A stretch of DNA of 64,000 bases from Ekhidna sp. (GTDB taxonomy: Bacteria > Bacteroidota > Bacteroidia > Cytophagales > Cyclobacteriaceae): assembly GCA_039940915.1 (NCBI GenBank), contig JBDVFO010000002.1. The stretch is one strand, 5' to 3'. This document shows positions 60,293-64,000 of the stretch, one piece after another (position 1 is the first letter of the stretch; every line of letters begins with the position of its first letter). The position numbers and the translations under genes are program-made. A model generated the notes under the pieces. It saw only the letters and a list, made by a program, of their open reading frames with translations. It was not told where the DNA came from and did no database searches.

Positions 60293-60526
60293 ATGGCAAC
60301 CAACCGAACAAATATCAAATTAAGCCGAACATTACTCATTTTACTGGGCATTGTGTTAGCGTGTCTTCTTACGCTAAATGCCAGATCACTATATTCTGCA
60401 GACTTACACCATAGTCAACCGACCAATACCCCTAAAGCAGAAACAAAATCTCCAAAAACCTTTTTAGACAAAATTGGATCAATCAGTTTTAAAAATATTC
60501 CTAAAAAAATCTCATCTTTAAACTAA
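60293..60526 (+). CDS. Small single-TM protein (about 77 aa)
   Basis: Hydrophobic LLILLGIVLACLL segment and a basic/polar tail. The track start (60263) lies inside the putative promoter, so 60293 is preferred. Confidence 0.5.
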   Translation: MATNRTNIKLSRTLLILLGIVLACLLTLNARSLYSADLHHSQPTNTPKAETKSPKTFLDKIGSISFKNIPKKISSLN

Positions 60527-60532
60527 AGAAGA

Positions 60533-60727
60533 ATGGAAATGACAAAACGACTTTTCAGATCGAATGATCGAATGCTTGGCGGAGTATGCGCTGGGATAGC
60601 AGATTACATTGGCTGGGATCCAACACTTGTGAGAATTGCCTATATCGTATTATCTATTGTTAGTGCCGCTTTCCCCGGGTTGCTGGTGTATCTAATCCTA
60701 TGGATTGTGATACCTCCCAAGTACTAA
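60533..60727 (+). CDS. Stand-alone PspC-domain protein
   Basis: KRLFRSNDRMLGGVCAGIADYIGWDPTLVR...YLILWIVIP. Confidence 0.92.
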   Translation: MEMTKRLFRSNDRMLGGVCAGIADYIGWDPTLVRIAYIVLSIVSAAFPGLLVYLILWIVIPPKY

Positions 60728-61863
60728 GCTTTATTATAAAAGCTCATCCACCTATCAGGTAGCTCGCCCTTTAGGGCCAAGTCATAATCGCTATGGTTGC
60801 ACGCAATCATTCGATTCCTGTTAAACAGGCCTTCTGCTTCTGGATTTGGAACCTCCATCCACCATCTTTCAGAAAGTTTGCTCTTGTAGAAACGAATGGT
60901 TTCTGGCTCACCTCCTAAATGAACCTCATACATGAGGTAATCATTGGACTTGAAATTTTTGTCTCCTTTCCGGTGGTAGTATCCTTCAATAAAATACCAA
61001 AGCATGGTAGCCATCACAAAGGCTGTTTTACGATCGTCAGAATCCTGAAAAGCATTGTAATTGTATAGTCCTACGGAGCTCATTTTTTCGTTTTGGCCAG
61101 CATACCAACACAATTGACATGCTTCCTCTCCAGTCAGCCCATATACTTTTGAATTAGTTGCTCCAGGCGCATAAAATGCCTGTAACGCTGACATGTCAAA
61201 TGACATCATATCAGCATCTCTGACAATCGGTTCAATTTCTTTAATATTTTCCTTAACCACACCTAATCTAACTGACTCAAAAGAAAGCTTTTCCAGTAAC
61301 TCTATGGATTTCTGATCCGTTAGGTAGCTCTGAAATGCCAGGTGATAATAGCTGAAAAGGTAGTTTGGACTATGTTTGAAGATTTTACCTATGTGATCTC
61401 TGGACGCAAGTTTTTCATCATCCAAATCCATTTCGTTATCTATATTAAGAACAGAAATCAGTTTGTCAGATTCTTCATAAGCGAAATATTGACCAAGATC
61501 TAAGTCATGACTTCCTCCAAAGAGTATTGGAATAATGTTCTTATCCATCAGGTAGCTACATACCTCTTTTAACCTTAGATAAGTATCTTCCAGTTTTGGT
61601 CCGTTTCTGAAATTTCCGAGATCAACTATCCCATAATCACCAAAACCCTTCTTCAATTGATACAATTGCTTTCGAATCTCATCAGCCGACTTAAGATCTG
61701 CATTCGTGTCTGCTCCTCGATACTCACTCAATCCTATTAAAGCAATATCCATACCTTCATGGTCGGGCATTTTATGCTTATTAATATAAATGGAGGTTTG
61801 AAAGGAAGCAGGTGTCTGATCCACATCTACATCGGTGGGATCAAAGAAAAGTTTTAAGTCCAT
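60724..61863 (-). CDS. Arginase/formimidoylglutamase-family protein with degenerate metal ligands
   Basis: DLGN, GGSHD and GL..EEACQL motifs. The DxHxD site reads DNEMD and the SxDxD site reads SFDMS. Confidence 0.8.
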   Translation of the reverse strand: MDLKLFFDPTDVDVDQTPASFQTSIYINKHKMPDHEGMDIALIGLSEYRGADTNADLKSADEIRKQLYQLKKGFGDYGIVDLGNFRNGPKLEDTYLRLKEVCSYLMDKNIIPILFGGSHDLDLGQYFAYEESDKLISVLNIDNEMDLDDEKLASRDHIGKIFKHSPNYLFSYYHLAFQSYLTDQKSIELLEKLSFESVRLGVVKENIKEIEPIVRDADMMSFDMSALQAFYAPGATNSKVYGLTGEEACQLCWYAGQNEKMSSVGLYNYNAFQDSDDRKTAFVMATMLWYFIEGYYHRKGDKNFKSNDYLMYEVHLGGEPETIRFYKSKLSERWWMEVPNPEAEGLFNRNRMIACNHSDYDLALKGELPDRWMSFYNKA

Positions 61864-61944
61864 GAAGCTAAGATAAGTCAGCTAGCGAATAAATCTAGCG
61901 TCTAAGTGGCACGTGATCTTGAACTTTATGTCACGAAAGAAAGC

Positions 61945-62286
61945 TCACAAGATTTCCCAATTGAGCATGTAGTCCGCATGATCCGAAACCTCTTCATTCA
62001 AGGTAAGTATCGTCCCATAGTGTCCTTGCTCTTGCGTCATATCTAGATGGAAAGTTCCGAGATGGTCGTTTCGACTGGTATAGTCATAGTCCCATAACTC
62101 AAGCGCCATCCAATGGCCTTCAAATTTCCCACCTATACTCACCTCAATAGCCTCATCTACACCTATTTTCAAATACTTAGATTTTTGTGGCCAAACTTTC
62201 CTGTCGCTGATTTTCAAAAAAATTTCATCTTTGTCTGACTCATCAGGTACGTTGCAAATTATCGCATGAATTTTAATCTGTGGCAT
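61945..62286 (-). CDS. Small C2-domain-like protein
   Basis: LELWDYDYTSRNDHLG and PDESDKDEIFLKI resemble C2 Ca2+-binding loops 3 and 1. Confidence 0.6.
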   Translation of the reverse strand: MPQIKIHAIICNVPDESDKDEIFLKISDRKVWPQKSKYLKIGVDEAIEVSIGGKFEGHWMALELWDYDYTSRNDHLGTFHLDMTQEQGHYGTILTLNEEVSDHADYMLNWEIL

Positions 62287-62334
62287 GGTGGTGTGGTATG
62301 CAGTTCAAGATATATATAATTGACTTACTGCCTC

Positions 62335-62366
62335 AAAAAAAAAGCCTCGCATCCCTGCAAGGCTTT
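62335..62366 (-). terminator. Intrinsic terminator
   Basis: Minus strand: AAAGCCTTGCA/TGCGAGGCTTT stem followed by a T run. Confidence 0.75.
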
Positions 62367-62385
62367 TTCATATCACCCTAAAATC

Positions 62386-62718
62386 TTATTTGATGGTAAA
62401 TCCGAACGTTTCTTTTGACCCATTCGGGGATTCAATCATTACAGTGTACGTGCCTTCAGAAAGATCTACTAACCTCGAAACATCAACACGCTGAGACTTC
62501 AAGATCTCATCCACTTTGTCATTAATAACTACACGAGATTTATCGGTAGTCAAATTTCTTAAGAAAGCTTTAGTTCCTTTTGGATAGACTGGTTGTCCAC
62601 TTTCAAATTCTGCAGCAGGTTTTGAAAATTCAATGCTAGGTGACTCGGTAACAGTTGCTGAAGAGTCAGAATTGATCCCACTAAATGCCAGTGTTAGAAC
62701 TAAAACGAAATGAATCAT
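62386..62718 (-). CDS. Small exported protein resembling a lone T9SS C-terminal sorting domain
   Basis: Short signal peptide and Ser/Thr linker, then VYPKG...VDLSEGTYTVMIES...FGFTIK. Confidence 0.55.
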   Translation of the reverse strand: MIHFVLVLTLAFSGINSDSSATVTESPSIEFSKPAAEFESGQPVYPKGTKAFLRNLTTDKSRVVINDKVDEILKSQRVDVSRLVDLSEGTYTVMIESPNGSKETFGFTIK

Positions 62719-62824
62719 AATGAAGGGTGTTTAATATTTACATGACAAAGATGCAAAACAGTAACACAGAATAACAGACGTGATTTACTGAATTCATGCT
62801 AGTGAAAACGCCTATATGTATTCA

Positions 62825-62856
62825 ATAAAAAAGCCCCGCATTAGATGCGAGGCTTT
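62825..62856 (-). terminator. Terminator of nqrF
   Basis: Minus strand: AAAGCCTCGCAT/ATGCGGGGCTTT stem followed by TTTATT. Confidence 0.75.
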
Positions 62857-62878
62857 AATCTTTTTTTTGAATCTTTAC

Positions 62879-64000
62879 CTACCCTCCAAAGTCGTCAAAT
62901 CGGATGTTTTCATCTGGGATACCGAAATCTTCGCCCATTTTCTGAACCGCCTGGTTCATCAATGGAGGTCCACAGAAGTAAAGCTCAATTTCTTCAGGAT
63001 TATCATGCTTGCTTAAGTAATAATCTATCACCGCTTGATGCACAAATCCTGTAAAACCATCACCTTCATCTTCCATGCTATTTTTTGCATTCCAGTTGTC
63101 CTCTTCAAGCGGCTCGGAAAGCACTACATGGAACGAGAAATTTGGGAAATTCTTTTCGAGATCAAGGAAATGATCAAGATAGAAAAGCTCTCTTTTGGAA
63201 CGCCCTCCGTACCAATAACTTACTTTTCTTCCTGTCTTCAAGGTCTTAAATAGATGATACAGATGTGAACGCATTGGAGCCATTCCTGCACCTCCTCCTA
63301 CGTAAAGCATTTCTGCATCAGATGGATTAATGAAAAACTCTCCATAAGGTCCTGAAATAGTCACCTTATCGCCCTTTTTCAAACCAAAAATGTATGAAGA
63401 AGCGATTCCTGGATTCACATTCATCCATCCGTTCTTTGCTCTGTCCCAAGGTGGGGTAGCTATACGTACATTGAGCATGATCTCACGTCCTTCAGCTGGG
63501 TATGAAGCCATGGAATATGCACGCTCGATGGTTTCATCATTTTTCATTTTCAAATCCCATAGACCAAATTTGTCCCACTCCATTTGGAATTTATTGGGAT
63601 CATCATGCTCCTCAGGATGAGCAGCGATATCCATATCCTTGAAATCAACCTCACATTTAGGGACTTCAATCTGGATATAGCCTCCTGCCTCGTAATCCAT
63701 CTCTTCTGGTATTTCTACCACAAATTCTTTAATAAAGGAGGCCACGTTCCAGTTTCTTACTACCGTAGCTTCCCATTTCTTAATTCCAAAGATTTCTTCA
63801 GGAATCTCGATTTTCATGTCATTTTTCACTTTGACCTGACAGGCCAAACGGACATTCTCTTTTTGCTCGGTTCTGCTCAGGTGACCTACCTCTGTAGGTA
63901 AAACATCCCCTCCTCCTTCTACGACGGTACATTTACACATGGCACATGTACCTCCGCCTCCACATGCAGATGGTAAGAAAACACTCTTCTGTGAAAGTGT
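62879..64000 (-). CDS. nqrF: Na+-translocating NADH:quinone reductase subunit F (5'-truncated by window edge)
   Basis: The frame stays open to 64000 ([24 protein letters not shown], 2Fe-2S motif). Also [35 protein letters not shown] and FDDFGG. Confidence 0.97.
   Translation of the reverse strand, partial: TLSQKSVFLPSACGGGGTCAMCKCTVVEGGGDVLPTEVGHLSRTEQKENVRLACQVKVKNDMKIEIPEEIFGIKKWEATVVRNWNVASFIKEFVVEIPEEMDYEAGGYIQIEVPKCEVDFKDMDIAAHPEEHDDPNKFQMEWDKFGLWDLKMKNDETIERAYSMASYPAEGREIMLNVRIATPPWDRAKNGWMNVNPGIASSYIFGLKKGDKVTISGPYGEFFINPSDAEMLYVGGGAGMAPMRSHLYHLFKTLKTGRKVSYWYGGRSKRELFYLDHFLDLEKNFPNFSFHVVLSEPLEEDNWNAKNSMEDEGDGFTGFVHQAVIDYYLSKHDNPEEIELYFCGPPLMNQAVQKMGEDFGIPDENIRFDDFGG

Noticed and set aside
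61907-61923. TGGCACG...TTGA sigma54-like sequence
   Set aside because: The spacing is GG-N11-GA (one base too long), and no + strand gene follows.
62816-63054. Two + strand ORFs at the nqrF 3' end
   Set aside because: They are antisense to nqrF and cross its terminator; no coding signal.
2219-63901. Numerous short ORFs in the track lying antisense or out of frame inside long genes (e.g. 8891-9358, 13955-14314, 15839-16213, 45283-45669, 54334-54678, 63584-63901)
   Set aside because: They fully overlap well-supported genes, show no motifs, and have compositions typical of shadow ORFs.
1-64000. CRISPR arrays, rRNA, transposases, prophage or defence systems
   Set aside because: No regularly spaced direct repeats and no diagnostic protein motifs were seen anywhere in the window.

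Overview
About 64 kb of an AT-rich bacterial chromosome, clearly Bacteroidota. The evidence is TAnnTTTG/TTTG housekeeping promoters, type IX secretion (T9SS) components, signal peptides followed by Gln, and Nqr. The gene content fits a marine Cytophagales; that narrower assignment is inference. It is mostly core genome: uvrB, aroE, fabH, comEC, phoH, hflX, asnS, rpoN, nqrF (partial) and two tRNA-Arg genes. It also carries a Zrg-like metal ABC operon, a second T9SS sortase pair (PorV2/PorU2), two PadR-membrane protein modules, a minimal Wza/Wzc/CpsB capsule module, an Fe3+ ABC transporter and two signalling clusters. I found no integrase, transposase, prophage or CRISPR array. The most interesting signals are non-coding or tiny. 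(1) A readable sigma54 circuit: tandem TTCTCA-N3-TGAGAA enhancers, IHF-like sites and -24/-12 promoters sit in front of both a kinase/bEBP operon and its apparent target. A third sigma54-like promoter precedes a PspB-sized gene plus pspC. (2) Three unannotated structured RNA candidates, one of them 6S-like. (3) A stand-alone protein with the Ca2+-ligand pattern of a eukaryotic C2 domain. (4) A cytoplasmic two-kinase relay with a 7-PAS kinase and a pseudo-receiver LuxR protein. All family assignments are by motif recognition by eye; no database searches were run.
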